Positions 63,038 to 64,000 of a stretch of DNA of 64,000 nucleotides are shown one piece after another. The stretch is from Anthoceros angustus. Its lineage: Eukaryota; Plantae; Anthocerotophyta. The notes below the pieces were generated by a model, which saw only the letters and a list, made by a program, of their open reading frames with translations, was not told the origin of the DNA and did not search any database. The translations under genes were made by a program, and so were the position numbers. The stretch lies in assembly GCA_010909165.1 (NCBI GenBank), contig VJWM01000238.1, forward strand, positions 199,775 to 263,774. The letters are read 5' to 3'. How positions within the stretch are numbered: position 1 is the stretch's first letter; each line of letters starts with the position of its first letter.

Positions 63038-63873
63038 GTTTTGTAAAGCAGTCGTTGTAAAGCGCGTTGTACCCACGAGACGTCTCAAACTTAGATGTTG
63101 TAATTGCTTTTGCAATTGGGATGTTGTAGATGGTTTTGTAAAAGCAGTCGTTGTAAAGCGCGTTGTACCCAGACGTCTCAAACTTAGATGTTGTAATTGC
63201 TTTTGCAATTGGGATGTTGTAGATGGTTTTGTAAAAGCAGTCGTTGTAAAGCGTTGTACCCGACGTCTCAAACTTAGATGTTGTAATTGCTTTTTACAAT
63301 TGGGATGTTGTAGATGGTTTTGTAAAAGCAGTCGTTGTAAAGCGCGTTGTACCCACGACGTCTCAAACTTAGATGTTGTAATTGCTTTTGCAATTGGGAT
63401 GTTGTAGATGGTTTTGTAAACAGTCGTTGTAAAGCGCGTTGTACACGACGTCTCAAACTTAGATGTTGTAATTGCTTTTGCAATTGGGATGTTGTAGATG
63501 GTTTTGTAAACAGTCGTTGTAAAGCGCGTTGTACCCACACGTCTCAAACTTAGATGTTGTAATTGCTTTGCAATTGGGATGTTGTAGATGGTTTTGTAAA
63601 AGTCGTTGTAAAGCGCGTTGTACCCACAAGACGTCTCAAACTTAGATGTTGTAATTCCTTTTGCAATTGGGATGTTGTAGATGGTTTTGTAAACAGTCGT
63701 AAAGCGCGTTGTACCCACAACGTCTCAAACTTAGATGTTGTAATTCCTTTTGCAATTGGGATGTTGTAAATGGTTTTGTAAAAGCAGTCGTTGTAAAGCG
63801 TTGTACCGAGACGTCTCAAACTTAGATGTTGTAATTCCTTTTGCAATTGGGATGTTGTAAATGGTTTTGTAAA
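63038..63873. repeat. Tandem repeat ~92 bp x9
   Basis: gtctcaaacttagatgttgtaattgcttttgcaattgggatgttgtagatggttttgtaaa recurs at ~63082, 63175, 63265, 63360, 63450, 63541, 63634, 63722, 63813. Confidence 0.96.
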
Positions 63874-64000
63874 ATGGCACCACGTCATCACATGGTGATG
63901 TGGCAATGAGGGCCATGTCATCAAATTATGCCACGTCATCACCGATGATGTGGCAATGAAGGAACCATGTGGCAACAACATGCCATGTCGCACTTGGTAA

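Noticed and set aside
63038-63873. CRISPR-like array, or a repeat protein from ORF 62996-63718
   Set aside because: Units are contiguous with no unique spacers, the context is eukaryotic, and the ORFs shift frame between units, so they are by-products of the repeat

Overview
Eukaryotic plant DNA, most likely a fern or other seed-free vascular plant, judged from the PLS-type PPR gene with long insertions in its L motifs. The consensus is indel-rich, so almost every ORF is frameshifted and pseudogene versus sequencing error often cannot be separated. About two thirds of the window is one CACTA/EnSpm DNA transposon (7501-50279; 39-bp TIRs, TTA target-site duplication, TnpD- and TnpA-like genes, extra unknown ORFs). 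It has been swollen by nested insertions: two solo LTRs, one full-length Athila-like (tRNA-Asp-primed) Ty3/Gypsy element inserted inside the second solo LTR, and a non-autonomous CCCTA...TAGGG element. The most unusual feature is that these ~4.7-kb LTRs each contain a ~1,100-codon protein-coding ORF in U3, so even solo LTRs retain the whole gene. To the right of the CACTA lie a decayed Gypsy fragment with a cytosine-5 DNA methyltransferase between protease and RT, a RING-H2 ORF between two minisatellites, an OSB-type PDF-motif/PPR fusion fragment, a PLS-E+ PPR gene, a truncated RNR1 ATP-cone exon and a ~92-bp satellite. To the left are a LINE remnant and a decayed copy of the PPR gene's 5' part.
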